IMG/VR virus record: IMGVR_UViG_3300037313_001079 | Direction: 5' to 3' (one strand) | Source of the DNA: an uncultured virus (IMG/VR IMGVR_UViG_3300037313_001079) | Taxonomy: Duplodnaviria; Heunggongvirae; Uroviricota; Caudoviricetes | DNA length: 20,000 nucleotides | Shown here: in pieces, positions 1-8,076 of the stretch | Position numbering within the stretch: the first letter of the stretch is position 1 | Layout: each line of letters begins with the position of its first letter | Notes under the pieces: generated by a model | The model's database searches: none | Seen by the model: the letters and a program-made list of their open reading frames with translations, nothing else | Told to the model about the DNA's origin: nothing | Translations under genes and position numbers: made by a program

Positions 1-1372
1 TGCCGGACTCCGCGCACCACTTGATGACCCTCGGGCTCCCCCAGCCGACGGGAACCTGCGCCTTGTGGAGCACCGAGACGAGCCACTCCGGGCTTCCCTT
101 GACCTCCTCGGCCGGCCGCATGTCCAGGGACTCCAGGACCACGGACGTGACCGGGCGGCCGTCGGGCTTGTACTCGCCGTCGAGGGTGACAACCTTCAGC
201 CCGAACTGGAGGTCGCCGCCCTGCTCGTCGTCTTTCTGCTTGCCGACCTTCACCGTGACGATCGTGTTGCGGGCGTTCTCGCCCTTCTTCGACACGTGGA
301 GTTCGGACTGCAGGGCGCCCTTCGCGGAGGATGCGCCGCGGCCGTGGTCGCCGACGTGCCCGGTGTGGTGGATGACGAGGACGCAGGCGCCGGTCGCGCG
401 GCGCAGCTCCTCGATCCGTTCGATGACGACGCCGACTTCGGTGTTGGAGTTCTCCTCGACGCCGACCGAGACGCGGGCCTGGGTGTCGATGATGAGCATC
501 TGGGGTTGCAGGCGGCGCATCGCCTCGATCAGGGTGTCCCACTCGGGTCCCATCGCCTGTACGGGGCGGGGCAGGAAGAGGACGTTGTCCATCTTCACGC
601 CGTAGTGCTGCTCCCAGGCGCGGACGCGTTTGCGGATGCCGCGGGCGCCTTCGGCGACGAGGTAGACGACGGTGCCCTGTCGGACGTACTGGCCGTGCCA
701 GCGCATGCCGGTGCCGACATGGCCGGCCAGGTCGATCGTGACGAAGCTCTTCATGTGCCCGGACGGGCCGATGATCCGCGCCAGTGAGTCCAAGTGGAGG
801 AGGTCGCCGACGAGGGGTTCCAGCGTGGGCATGTTGTCGAGGCTGGAGGCGTCGAGGAGTTCGGCGAGGAGGGCGTCGGCGGGGTCGCCGGAGCGGCCGA
901 GGCTGCGTTCCTTCTGCCGCTGCAGATAGTCGTCGATGAACGTGACCGCGCCGCCGGGTTCGGCGTCGGGTTCGGTGGCGCGCTGCACGATGCGCCGGCC
1001 GAGTTCGGCCTCGGCGCGGAGGTCGGCGCGGCGGCGGACTTCGTGGGCGTAGTACTCGGGGTCGCCGCCGTAGTCGCCGAGCTGGGCGATGTAGCCGATG
1101 CCGCCGGCGCGGCGGAGATCCTGCCGTTTCTCCAGTTCGATGCGGAGGCTGATCGGGTTGACGGGCTGGCCCTCGTCGTGGAGGTAGCCGATGACGTCCC
1201 AGATCAGTTCGTGGGCGGGGAGTGCGAAGTCGGCGCGTGTGAGGATGCCGCGGATCGTGGGGATCTGTTTGGGCTGGTGCATGCAGCCGCCGATGACGTA
1301 CCGCTCGGCGTCGTGTTGCTCCGAGCCGTGCGCGTCCGCCTGGTCGCGCGGCATGTGGCGGACGTTGTCCAC
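1..1372 (-). CDS. Replicative helicase: DnaB-like N-terminal domain fused to an AAA_25/RepA-type (SF4) ATPase; 3' end truncated by the window edge
   Basis: Not in the ORF track. Manual translation from GTG at 1372 (RBS GAGGAG around 1380-1385) is open to the window edge: HDAERYVIGGCM...DFALPAHELIWDVI (DnaB-N-like), Walker A GPSGHMKS (746-769), VVYLVAEG, Walker B MLIIDTQAR, VLVIHHTG, GRGASS. Confidence 0.88.
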   Translation of the reverse strand, partial: MDNVRHMPRDQADAHGSEQHDAERYVIGGCMHQPKQIPTIRGILTRADFALPAHELIWDVIGYLHDEGQPVNPISLRIELEKRQDLRRAGGIGYIAQLGDYGGDPEYYAHEVRRRADLRAEAELGRRIVQRATEPDAEPGGAVTFIDDYLQRQKERSLGRSGDPADALLAELLDASSLDNMPTLEPLVGDLLHLDSLARIIGPSGHMKSFVTIDLAGHVGTGMRWHGQYVRQGTVVYLVAEGARGIRKRVRAWEQHYGVKMDNVLFLPRPVQAMGPEWDTLIEAMRRLQPQMLIIDTQARVSVGVEENSNTEVGVVIERIEELRRATGACVLVIHHTGHVGDHGRGASSAKGALQSELHVSKKGENARNTIVTVKVGKQKDDEQGGDLQFGLKVVTLDGEYKPDGRPVTSVVLESLDMRPAEEVKGSPEWLVSVLHKAQVPVGWGSPRVIKWCAESG

Positions 1373-1383
1373 GGGCGATCTCC

Positions 1384-1689
1384 TCAGAAGAGCGTGGTCG
1401 GTTCAGCGGGCGGGCACCGGTGGTCGGCGACGTGGTCGCCGTCGGGGCAGTCCGCGGGGTGCCAGGGGGTGAGCCAGACGAGGCGTTGCTGGCCGAGGCT
1501 GTTGGTGCGTAGGCACCAGATCAGCCGGTTGGGTTCGGCGAGTTCGGTCTGCTGGCTCGGGGTGAGCGGGATGAGGTCGGCGGTCACGTCGAGTGCGGCG
1601 CTGTTGCCGACGAGTTGCTTGATGACGGGTGCCTGGCACGCGGGGCAGCGGCGTGTGCTGTCCTTGCTGCCCCGCGTCCAGGCGGCCAT
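1384..1689 (-). CDS. Hypothetical phage protein, 101 aa, CxxC plus Cys/His (possible Zn binding)
   Basis: ATG at 1689 overlaps the upstream TGA (TGATG); MAAWTRGSKDSTRRCPACQAPV...WHPADC...HVADHRC. This is the C-terminal part of track ORF 1384..2148. Confidence 0.8.
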   Translation of the reverse strand: MAAWTRGSKDSTRRCPACQAPVIKQLVGNSAALDVTADLIPLTPSQQTELAEPNRLIWCLRTNSLGQQRLVWLTPWHPADCPDGDHVADHRCPPAEPTTLF

Positions 1690-2516
1690 CAGGCCGAGGT
1701 CCCGTTCATGACCGCGGTGTCGATCTGCTCGCCGATCGCCTTCACCACGTCCGTGAACGCGGTCTTGCGGACGTCGTCGGGCCGGTCGAGCTTGTAGCCG
1801 AGGCGCAGCCCGCGGTCGCTGATTCGGTACCGGAGGCGGGCGGTGAGCTTGTAGCCCTCGCTGCCCTCGAACGGCACCAGCCCGATCACGAACGTCTCGG
1901 GGACGGTGAGTTGTCCCTTCTGGCCGGCCTTCGTGGTGGTGGTCTCGACGTACTGGAACTGCCGCTGCCCGGAGGAGAGTCGGCTGGCGGACTGGAAGTC
2001 GACCTTGCTGGCGGCTTGGAACGACTGGGCGATCTCCAGCATGTCCGCGGCGGCCGGTTCCAGGAGTTCGGGGAGGTGGTCCTCCAGGAACTCGGCGAAG
2101 GCCTCTTGGTCCATCAGCTGGCCGTCCTGGTTGGTCCACTGCTGCCACGTGGTGGTCGGGCGCAGCGCGAGGTGGAGCCGGTGGTCGCCCCAGCGGGCGG
2201 CATCGGCGGTGTTGGCGTTCAGGACGGCGGTGACGGTGAGGCGCTCGCTGTCGGCGTACACCTCGCTGTCGGTGTCGTGGTGCTTGGTCCAGTAGGCGAG
2301 GAAGCTCTCGGCGTCGCGGACGGTGGTGGTGCCGCGCTTGCGGGACGGCTGGTCCTTGTACTCCTCGCCGGTGAGGTCGACCTGCTGGACGCCGGCCGGG
2401 GTACGGAAGGCGTAGACCTTGCCGATCTCCAGCTGTGCGGGCTCGGCCGCGAGGAGCGCGGTGTCGACGATGACCTGCGCTTCGCCCGGGGTGGCGTTGA
2501 GGCTGCTGTAGCTCAC
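1689..2516 (-). CDS. DUF2303 (YfdQ-like) phage protein
   Basis: 275 aa with typical segments RKRGTTTVRDAESF, AVLN...WGDHR, MDQEAFAEFLEDH, VPETFVIGLVPFEG, ARLRYR. Confidence 0.85.
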   Translation of the reverse strand: MSYSSLNATPGEAQVIVDTALLAAEPAQLEIGKVYAFRTPAGVQQVDLTGEEYKDQPSRKRGTTTVRDAESFLAYWTKHHDTDSEVYADSERLTVTAVLNANTADAARWGDHRLHLALRPTTTWQQWTNQDGQLMDQEAFAEFLEDHLPELLEPAAADMLEIAQSFQAASKVDFQSASRLSSGQRQFQYVETTTTKAGQKGQLTVPETFVIGLVPFEGSEGYKLTARLRYRISDRGLRLGYKLDRPDDVRKTAFTDVVKAIGEQIDTAVMNGTSA

Positions 2517-2519
2517 GGA

Positions 2520-2918
2520 TCAGGCTTCCTTGTAGTCGGTGGTGGTGGTGTCGGCCATGCGGAACTCGGTGGTGCCGTCGGCGTTGCGGTACACGCCGGG
2601 GGTCATCTGGCGGGGGTCCTCGCGGACGGGCTGGCCGTCGTCGTTGAGGAAGTAGAGGCTCTTGACCGGGGTCGGCTTGGGCGCCTTGACGGCGGACTCG
2701 ACGCCGATCGGGAGCGGAGCGGACTCGACGCCGTTGGCGGGCGGCTCGACGACGATGGTGATCGTCATCTGGCCCTTCTTGCCGTGGGCGCGGACGGCGT
2801 CGAGGAGGGTGTGGAACTCGGCGGACAGCTCCTCTTCGGTGCGGCCGTTGAGGTGGCTGGCGAGGAATGCGGCGACGGGGGCCTGCATGATTTCGCCGGT
2901 GTCGGGCTGGACGGTCAT
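2520..2918 (-). CDS. YfdP-like phage protein (usual partner upstream of DUF2303)
   Basis: 132 aa with ELSAEFHTLLDAVRAHGKKGQMTITI and YFLNDDGQPVREDPRQ; RBS GAGGAAAGG upstream; directly upstream of DUF2303. Confidence 0.75.
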   Translation of the reverse strand: MTVQPDTGEIMQAPVAAFLASHLNGRTEEELSAEFHTLLDAVRAHGKKGQMTITIVVEPPANGVESAPLPIGVESAVKAPKPTPVKSLYFLNDDGQPVREDPRQMTPGVYRNADGTTEFRMADTTTTDYKEA

Positions 2919-3030
2919 GGGTGTGGCTGGCCTTTCCTCTGAAGGGGGTGGTGATGGTGTGACCCGCGTCAGGGCATGCCTGGGTATCTGCAGGTCAGGG
3001 CGTGGCTCGCGGTGGACTCTGCTGGGGTTG

Positions 3031-3121
3031 ATTCTACCCGAGGGTGACCGGTCACCGGATAGTCAATTGCTAGCCGATGTGAAAGAGGGTGGTGACCAGC
3101 CAGTGCACGGTCAGCTACCCT
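3031..3121. promoter_or_regulatory. Divergent promoters with a palindromic operator GGTGACCGGTCACC (3043-3056)
   Basis: Leftward -10 TAGAAT (complement of 3031-3036); rightward -10 TACCCT (3116-3121) 6 nt before ATG 3128; perfect 14-bp palindrome; extra half-site GGTGACC at 3091-3097. Confidence 0.6.
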
Positions 3122-3127
3122 GTCGAT

Positions 3128-3313
3128 ATGACGACGAAGGGACAGCCCGGTCGTGTGATCCGTATCGACGACGAGACCTGGGCCGACTACGAGAAGGCGT
3201 GTGCCGAGAAGGGCGTGGCACGCGCCACGGACATCCGCATGTACGTCGTGCGTGAGGTCGCTGCCTGGCGTCGTCGCCAACGCACCGAGGCCGGCCAACC
3301 GCCGAAGTCCTGA
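3128..3313 (+). CDS. Ribbon-helix-helix (CopG/Arc-like) DNA-binding protein, 61 aa, probably leaderless
   Basis: MTTKGQPGRVIRIDDETWADYEKACAEKGVARATDIRMYVVREV: alternating beta-strand, helix A ending in G, helix B; -10 box 6 nt upstream of the ATG. Confidence 0.75.
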   Translation: MTTKGQPGRVIRIDDETWADYEKACAEKGVARATDIRMYVVREVAAWRRRQRTEAGQPPKS

Positions 3314-3341
3314 CATCGGTCTCTCCTCCCTTCTTCTCTGG

Positions 3342-3365
3342 GCCCCGCACCAGCTGGTGCGGGGC
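3342..3365. terminator. Probable bidirectional terminator hairpin
   Basis: Perfect 24-bp palindrome GCCCCGCACCAGCTGGTGCGGGGC, followed by TTCGTT, between convergent genes ending at 3313 (+) and 3382 (-). Confidence 0.75.
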
Positions 3366-3381
3366 TTCGTTGTGCGCTCGA

Positions 3382-3822
3382 TCAGAGGTGGGCGTCGATG
3401 GCCTGGCCGACGCCCTGGACGAGGGCGGTGCGCATCTCGTCGGGCATGCCGGGCTCGAACGCGAAGTGGATCCGGGCGATCGGCTTGTCGGTGGCGCCGA
3501 TCGTGATGACGTGGTCTGCGCTGGGTTCCAGGTCGTCGGCGCCGAGGTTGATGGCCCAGTCGGAGACGTCGGCGGCCTTGCCGAGGAGGTCGTCGATGGC
3601 GCGCTGGGCCTTGCCGAATTCCTCCGGGGGCAGGTCGTCCCACTTGCGGCCGGTGATGGGCTGGGTGCCCTGCTCGGGGTCGGGATCGACGAGGGTGGAG
3701 TTGATGAACCGGCCGTCCATCTGCTCGCCGATTCCCATGAAGTCCGGGTCGATGGTGGCGACGTAGTGCTGCCGTGCGGCCTCGGTGCGGAGGTCGTCGT
3801 CGGTGTACAGGCGGTCGCTCAC
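3382..3822 (-). CDS. Hypothetical acidic phage protein, 146 aa
   Basis: GTG at 3822 overlaps the upstream TGA (GTGA); RBS AAGGAG; MSDRLYTDDDLRTEAARQH...; GC-rich third codon positions. Confidence 0.8.
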   Translation of the reverse strand: MSDRLYTDDDLRTEAARQHYVATIDPDFMGIGEQMDGRFINSTLVDPDPEQGTQPITGRKWDDLPPEEFGKAQRAIDDLLGKAADVSDWAINLGADDLEPSADHVITIGATDKPIARIHFAFEPGMPDEMRTALVQGVGQAIDAHL

Positions 3823-4061
3823 GCGGCTGCTCCTTGCTGATTGGCGTGACAGGTGTGGGTGGTGCGGATGGTGGCGACGAACCGCTTCACCTCGGCCGCC
3901 CCGGACACCGGGCCCTCCACCGCGTGGCAGCGCAGGCACTCGTAGCGGGCCCGCGGTGCACGTCGGTAGGTGATCTGTCCGGCCCGGTCGCCGTTCTTGT
4001 TCTCGAAGCCGTCGCCGCAGTCGATGAACAGGCCGCCGGTGACGGTGCGCTGGCCGGTCAT
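3819..4061 (-). CDS. Hypothetical phage protein, 80 aa, CxxC...HxC putative Zn finger
   Basis: ATGA overlap with the whiB stop; MTGQRTVTGGLFIDCG...YECLRC...HTCH. Confidence 0.75.
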   Translation of the reverse strand: MTGQRTVTGGLFIDCGDGFENKNGDRAGQITYRRAPRARYECLRCHAVEGPVSGAAEVKRFVATIRTTHTCHANQQGAAA

Positions 4062-4321
4062 GCCGCCGCCCCGGTGGTGTGGCGGCGGCGTTTCCGCCTG
4101 AGCTCGGTCTGGGTCATGCCGCCCCACACACCCCAGGACTGGCCGGTGTCGATGGCGTACTGGCCACACTCGGGGCGGACGGGGCAGTGGGCGCAGACGC
4201 GGCGGGCGTATTCGGTGTCGGCGCGGGAGCCGCGGCCTTCGGCGAAGAAGGTGTCGGGGTCGGCTCCGCGGCAGGCGGCCTTGGTGCGCCAGTCGGCGAC
4301 GAGGTCGGTGAGCTGGGTCAT
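4058..4321 (-). CDS. whiB: WhiB-family Fe-S transcription factor
   Basis: W...AACRGADPDTFF...ARRVCAHCPVRPEC...WGVWGG...ELRRKRRR: four Cys, the GVWGG turn and a basic tail. Confidence 0.95.
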   Translation of the reverse strand: MTQLTDLVADWRTKAACRGADPDTFFAEGRGSRADTEYARRVCAHCPVRPECGQYAIDTGQSWGVWGGMTQTELRRKRRRHTTGAAA

Positions 4322-4890
4322 GACGCCACCGCCTCACGGGCGGCCTTGTCCCGGGCCCGCTTGCAGGCGTTGCAGTAGGCCCGGCCGTCCGCCGCGATCC
4401 GCCCGTGCTCGGCCTGCTTATGGCCGTTCCCGCAGGACTCCGGCAACGCTCGCCCGCCCCGCAGGTAGCGCAACTGCTCCCGGTTGCGGCGCCGGCCCGG
4501 CGCGTCCTCGACGTGGGCAGGTGCGACGCAGCGCTTCATCCCGCAGTCGGTGAAGACCTGGCCCTCGGGTGTGCGGCCGGTACGGATCCGGAACGCGATG
4601 GCCGCGGCGGTGTAGTGGCGTTCTTTGTAGGAGAGGAGCGGTGTCCCGCGGGTGGTGCTGTGTTCGCCGGTCCATTCCATGTGGCCGCCGTCAACCGGGC
4701 GCGCGTACTGGTGCCACTTGTCTTCGATCGTGAGTTCCGGGCGAGCGTAGGTGGCGAGGCCGATCTCGTCGCGGATGGTGCGGATGCGGGCCCGGTCGGC
4801 GCGCAGTTCCTTGTTGATGCGGTAGATGCTGTGGCCGGCTTGGAGGGCGGCGATGATCTGTTCGCGGGTTGCGTTGGCGTGGAAGCTCAT
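4318..4890 (-). CDS. HTH plus degenerate HNH-like domain plus C-terminal Zn module, 190 aa
   Basis: ATGA overlap at 4887-4890; N-terminal HTH-like (IIAALQAGHSIYRINKELRAD), HMEWTG...AFRIRTG...CGMKRCVAPAHV, and CGNGH...YCNAC, which parallel the HNH at 9114-9524. Confidence 0.75.
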   Translation of the reverse strand: MSFHANATREQIIAALQAGHSIYRINKELRADRARIRTIRDEIGLATYARPELTIEDKWHQYARPVDGGHMEWTGEHSTTRGTPLLSYKERHYTAAAIAFRIRTGRTPEGQVFTDCGMKRCVAPAHVEDAPGRRRNREQLRYLRGGRALPESCGNGHKQAEHGRIAADGRAYCNACKRARDKAAREAVAS

Positions 4891-5477
4891 CGGGCGGTCA
4901 CCTGCTCGCGATCTGGCCACTGGCAGCCGGCCAGCGCCTTCCTGTTTCGCTCCGGGACCTCGGCGAGCGGCTGGCCCAGCCAGTCCGACGCGGCGACCAG
5001 GGCGCCGTAGGCGTCGGCCATGTCGTACCGTCCGGCGCCTTCGGTGTGGACGTCGTACCGGTCGGCGATCGCGGAGCGGACTTCGCCCTTGGTGGCGTTG
5101 CCGCGGCCTGCCGTGTACTGCTTCAGGTTCGACGGCGGGACGACGGCGTAGGGCAGTTGGTGGCGGTGGCAGTAGCGGCGGACCAGGACGCGGAGTCCGG
5201 CGAGGTCTTCGTGGAACCGCGGACCGGTATGGCCGAACGACGGGCCTTCCATGACGACGAGGTCGGCGGCCCGGATGAAGGAGACGATGGCGGTCTCCAG
5301 GTAGGCGAGGCGTTCGTCGCCGCGGAGCTTGGTGCGGATCCGGTCGGTCCAGCCGATGCCGGCCACGCCGGTGCAGGTGAGGCTGAGATCCAGGCCCACT
5401 ACGACGAGAGGGGGCCGGGGCCCGGCCGCCGGGGTGGCGGCCGGTGCCTCGGTGGTCAGGTCGAACAGGGTGGTCAC
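4887..5477 (-). CDS. RuvC-like Holliday junction resolvase
   Basis: GTG at 5477; VVGLDLSLTCTG, LVVMEG, VPPSNLKQYTAGRGNATKGEV and DMADAY carry the RuvC acidic catalytic residues. Confidence 0.9.
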   Translation of the reverse strand: MTTLFDLTTEAPAATPAAGPRPPLVVVGLDLSLTCTGVAGIGWTDRIRTKLRGDERLAYLETAIVSFIRAADLVVMEGPSFGHTGPRFHEDLAGLRVLVRRYCHRHQLPYAVVPPSNLKQYTAGRGNATKGEVRSAIADRYDVHTEGAGRYDMADAYGALVAASDWLGQPLAEVPERNRKALAGCQWPDREQVTAR

Positions 5478-5782
5478 TGTTCCCCCTTCTGCTGCTCGTC
5501 GCGGATGGCCTGCCGCAGCGCGTCCCAGCCCGGTGCGAACACCGGGGCCAGCTGCGGGTCGAGGGCCGCGTAGTCGTCGAGGTGCGTGTTGATGCCCTGC
5601 GGGAGCCGCGGGTCGTTCGACGCGATGGAGCCGGGACGCTCGCAGGACTCGCGGATGATCCGGGCCCGGGCGGCGGCCACGCGTTCCCGCTCGGACGGTC
5701 GGCGCTTCCGGCTGACGCGCCAGATCGCTGTGACGAGGGCGAAGATGACGGCCGCGTATCCGGCGGTCATGGCGGTGTTCAT
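5474..5782 (-). CDS. Hypothetical protein with an N-terminal transmembrane helix, 102 aa
   Basis: ATGA overlap; MNTAMTAGYAAVIFALVTAIW followed by the basic stretch RVSRKRR. Confidence 0.75.
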   Translation of the reverse strand: MNTAMTAGYAAVIFALVTAIWRVSRKRRPSERERVAAARARIIRESCERPGSIASNDPRLPQGINTHLDDYAALDPQLAPVFAPGWDALRQAIRDEQQKGEQ

Positions 5783-6069
5783 GCGGTGGCTCCCTTCCGG
5801 GCGGCCTTCTGCCGTTCCAGGCGCATCGAGTTCGCTTTCCGGCAGCGCTTGCAGCGGCAGCCCTTCCGGTAGCCGGGCAGCCCGTGGTCCTGCGGGCGGA
5901 GGGTGGCCGGGTGTCCGGCCGGGAGCAGGCCGAGCTTGGCGAGGAGATCGGTGCAGTCCTCCACACCGGTGGCCTTGGATGCGACGTACTTGCGGGCCTT
6001 CTCGCACTCCTCGCGGGTGGCGGAGCCGAGGTGGGTCCAGGTGTGGCCACTCAGTTCGGCTGCCATCAC
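5779..6069 (-). CDS. Hypothetical protein with an HG..Y..GCRC..C Zn-binding motif
   Basis: DHGLPGYRKGCRCKRCRKAN, a motif recurrent in actinophage proteins; coupled start and stop codons. Confidence 0.8.
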   Translation of the reverse strand: MMAAELSGHTWTHLGSATREECEKARKYVASKATGVEDCTDLLAKLGLLPAGHPATLRPQDHGLPGYRKGCRCKRCRKANSMRLERQKAARKGATA

Positions 6070-6287
6070 GCCACCCCCGGCATCGGCTGGAGGTGGCCTT
6101 CGGCGCAGCGCAGGGCGTCACCGTGGCGGGTGGCCGCGGACTCGACGCCGCCGCAGTTGTCGCAGCGCACGAACTTGGTGGTGACGAGCGCGCCGTGTGG
6201 GCGGGCCCGGTGCTGCCCGGTCGGGGCGATGATCTGTGCGGCAATTCGCAGCGGCGCCGGCCACGTCCTGATCTGTTGGCGGTTCAC
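6066..6287 (-). CDS. Hypothetical Zn-ribbon-like protein, 73 aa
   Basis: GTGA overlap at 6284-6287; FVRCDNCGG...LRCAEGH. Confidence 0.7.
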   Translation of the reverse strand: MNRQQIRTWPAPLRIAAQIIAPTGQHRARPHGALVTTKFVRCDNCGGVESAATRHGDALRCAEGHLQPMPGVA

Positions 6288-6547
6288 GGGCGGGCTCCCT
6301 TCTTCTCGGCGTCCGCCAGGTGCAGCCGCATGTCCACGCCGGCCGCGGCCAACTGGTCGCGCAGTGCGGTGTCGGCGTTGGCGACGATGTGGTGGGCGAT
6401 GACGTCTTTGGCCTGGTCGAGTTCGAGGGCGATGTAGTCGAAGGCGCGGCCGACGATGGCGGCGTCCTCGCGGGCGGTGTCGCGTTCGGCGAGTAGGCGT
6501 TCGTTGCGGGTGCGGAGGTCGTTGTACTTGGCGCGGGAGACGGGCAT
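6284..6547 (-). CDS. Hypothetical coiled-coil protein, 87 aa
   Basis: TAATG overlap; heptad-like KYNDLRTRNERLLAERDTAREDA. Confidence 0.75.
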   Translation of the reverse strand: MPVSRAKYNDLRTRNERLLAERDTAREDAAIVGRAFDYIALELDQAKDVIAHHIVANADTALRDQLAAAGVDMRLHLADAEKKGARP

Positions 6548-7296
6548 TACGCCTCACCCCCGCGTTGCTGCGGGATGAGCGGCCAGGAGCCGTCGATCAC
6601 CTTGTTCGGGTCGCCGCCCTGCTCCGGGGTGGCCTTCGTCCGGAACCACTGCTGCAGGCCGGCCTGCTGCTCCGCCCGCCACTTCTGCTGGGCACTGAAC
6701 AGCTCGTGCGGCTGGTAGCCGTTGAGGAACGGGTGCCGCTCGAACTGGGCCTCGGCGATCAGGAGCGCGGCGAGCGCGTCAGCCTCCGCGGTGTGCCAGT
6801 CGGTCAGTGCGACGCCGTACCGGTCAGCGGTGGGCTTCAGCTTGCGCTGGCCGGACCCACGGACGCGCTGGTTGGCCTGCCTGTCGATGACGTGCGGGTC
6901 GAGCAGCGGCAGCGGGCCAGCACCGACGCGGTCGGCCATCGTGGGCAGCCCGTTGCGGAGCAGGTCGTAGTGGAGGATCGACCAGTCGAAGGACTGGTTG
7001 AACGCGATCACCGGCATGCGGCAGTCGATGGCGTAGGCCAGACAGTTCGCGATCTCATCGAGGGCGACCTTCGGGTCCAAGCCGTTGGCCTCGACCATCT
7101 CGTTGGTGATGCCGTGGACGGCGGTGGCCTCGGCCGGGATCGGGATGCCAGGGTTGATCAGCCAGGAGAGGTTGCGCTCGTCCTGGCCGCCGCCGCGGAC
7201 GATGAACGCGGCGGTGACGATGCGGTCTTCGAGCGGGTTCGGGCCCGTTGTTTCGGTGTCCCACGCCGCCTTGCGGACGTCAGCGAAGGCGCTCAC
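6547..7296 (-). CDS. DnaQ-like (DEDDh) 3'-5' exonuclease
   Basis: ExoI WDTETTG, VHGIT, ExoII AFNQSFDW, ExoIII WHTAEADA. Confidence 0.93.
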   Translation of the reverse strand: MSAFADVRKAAWDTETTGPNPLEDRIVTAAFIVRGGGQDERNLSWLINPGIPIPAEATAVHGITNEMVEANGLDPKVALDEIANCLAYAIDCRMPVIAFNQSFDWSILHYDLLRNGLPTMADRVGAGPLPLLDPHVIDRQANQRVRGSGQRKLKPTADRYGVALTDWHTAEADALAALLIAEAQFERHPFLNGYQPHELFSAQQKWRAEQQAGLQQWFRTKATPEQGGDPNKVIDGSWPLIPQQRGGEA

Positions 7297-8075
7297 TGGC
7301 CACCGCCCTGAGCCGCGAACCGCTCCTGTCCGATGCGGTACAGGAAGGCGCCGAGGGCCTCCTCATCACCGGTCTCGTTGGTGACCTTCGCCTCGTAGAG
7401 ACCGACCTGCTTGATCTCGTAGTTGATCTGCGCCATGCGCTGCCGCGAGGTGCCGCGATCGAGGATCTCGTCCCGGTAGGAGGCGGCTGACCGAACCGGG
7501 GACTCCCCGCGTTCGTGCCGGTCAGCGTCCGGGTCCTTGTCGTGCGTCGGCGTCAGGCCGAACGACAGGAGCAGCGTGCGCAGGGCGACGGACTGGGCCT
7601 TGGTCGTGGACTTGTCTGCGGTGTCGAGGGCCTCGCCCATGGTCTGCAGGGTGAGCGTGTCACCCATCGGCCCCATGATCGTCCAGGTGACGAGGACGGA
7701 GCACTCCCGCATCTTGCCGCCCTTGGCGGTGCTCTTCTCGCCGTAGCTGGCCTCGACCTTCGACGACATGACGTTGACGCCGTGCTTAAGCGTGACCGGG
7801 CCGAAGACGTTGACGACGGTGTCGACGCCTCGGAAGTTGAACTTCGCGCTGCCCGGGGCGTTGTACAACTCGCCCTTGGCGATCGCGCGGATCTCGCGGC
7901 GCACGCGAAGCCACGCGATACCAACCGGCACCATCTCCGGGTCGTCGTCGCCGGGCTCGTAACCGGCCATCGGGTCCGGGGCCGGGGTGTACTCCTCACC
8001 CTCCGGGCCGGCGTCCAGCTCGTCCGGCGTCAGGGTGCGGCCAGCGGCCGCGGCTGCGTTCTCGCGCAGACCCAT
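7293..8075 (-). CDS. ERF-family single-strand annealing protein
   Basis: FNFRGVDTVVN...LKHGV...GEALDTADKSTTKAQSVALRTLL...DPDAD; directly downstream of a YqaJ exonuclease. Confidence 0.88.
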   Translation of the reverse strand: MGLRENAAAAAGRTLTPDELDAGPEGEEYTPAPDPMAGYEPGDDDPEMVPVGIAWLRVRREIRAIAKGELYNAPGSAKFNFRGVDTVVNVFGPVTLKHGVNVMSSKVEASYGEKSTAKGGKMRECSVLVTWTIMGPMGDTLTLQTMGEALDTADKSTTKAQSVALRTLLLSFGLTPTHDKDPDADRHERGESPVRSAASYRDEILDRGTSRQRMAQINYEIKQVGLYEAKVTNETGDEEALGAFLYRIGQERFAAQGGGQ

Positions 8076-8076
8076 G

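Noticed and set aside
2692..2733. Direct repeat GCGGACTCGACGCCG
   Set aside because: Encodes GVESA twice within the YfdP-like protein; two copies only, no array
21..2942. Long + strand ORFs (21..605, 65..787, 794..1711, 1629..2942)
   Set aside because: Antisense shadows of the minus-strand helicase and DUF2303 genes; high GC3 bias removes stops on the opposite strand, and the translations show no family motifs
4887..6244. Long N-terminal extensions in the ORF track (RuvC 387 aa from 6050, 256 aa from 6244; likewise 2148, 3939, 4337, 9620, 11421, 12309, 16959, 17032)
   Set aside because: The extensions are low-complexity Arg/Pro/Ala text overlapping real upstream genes or promoters; coupled starts with RBSs give the shorter proteins
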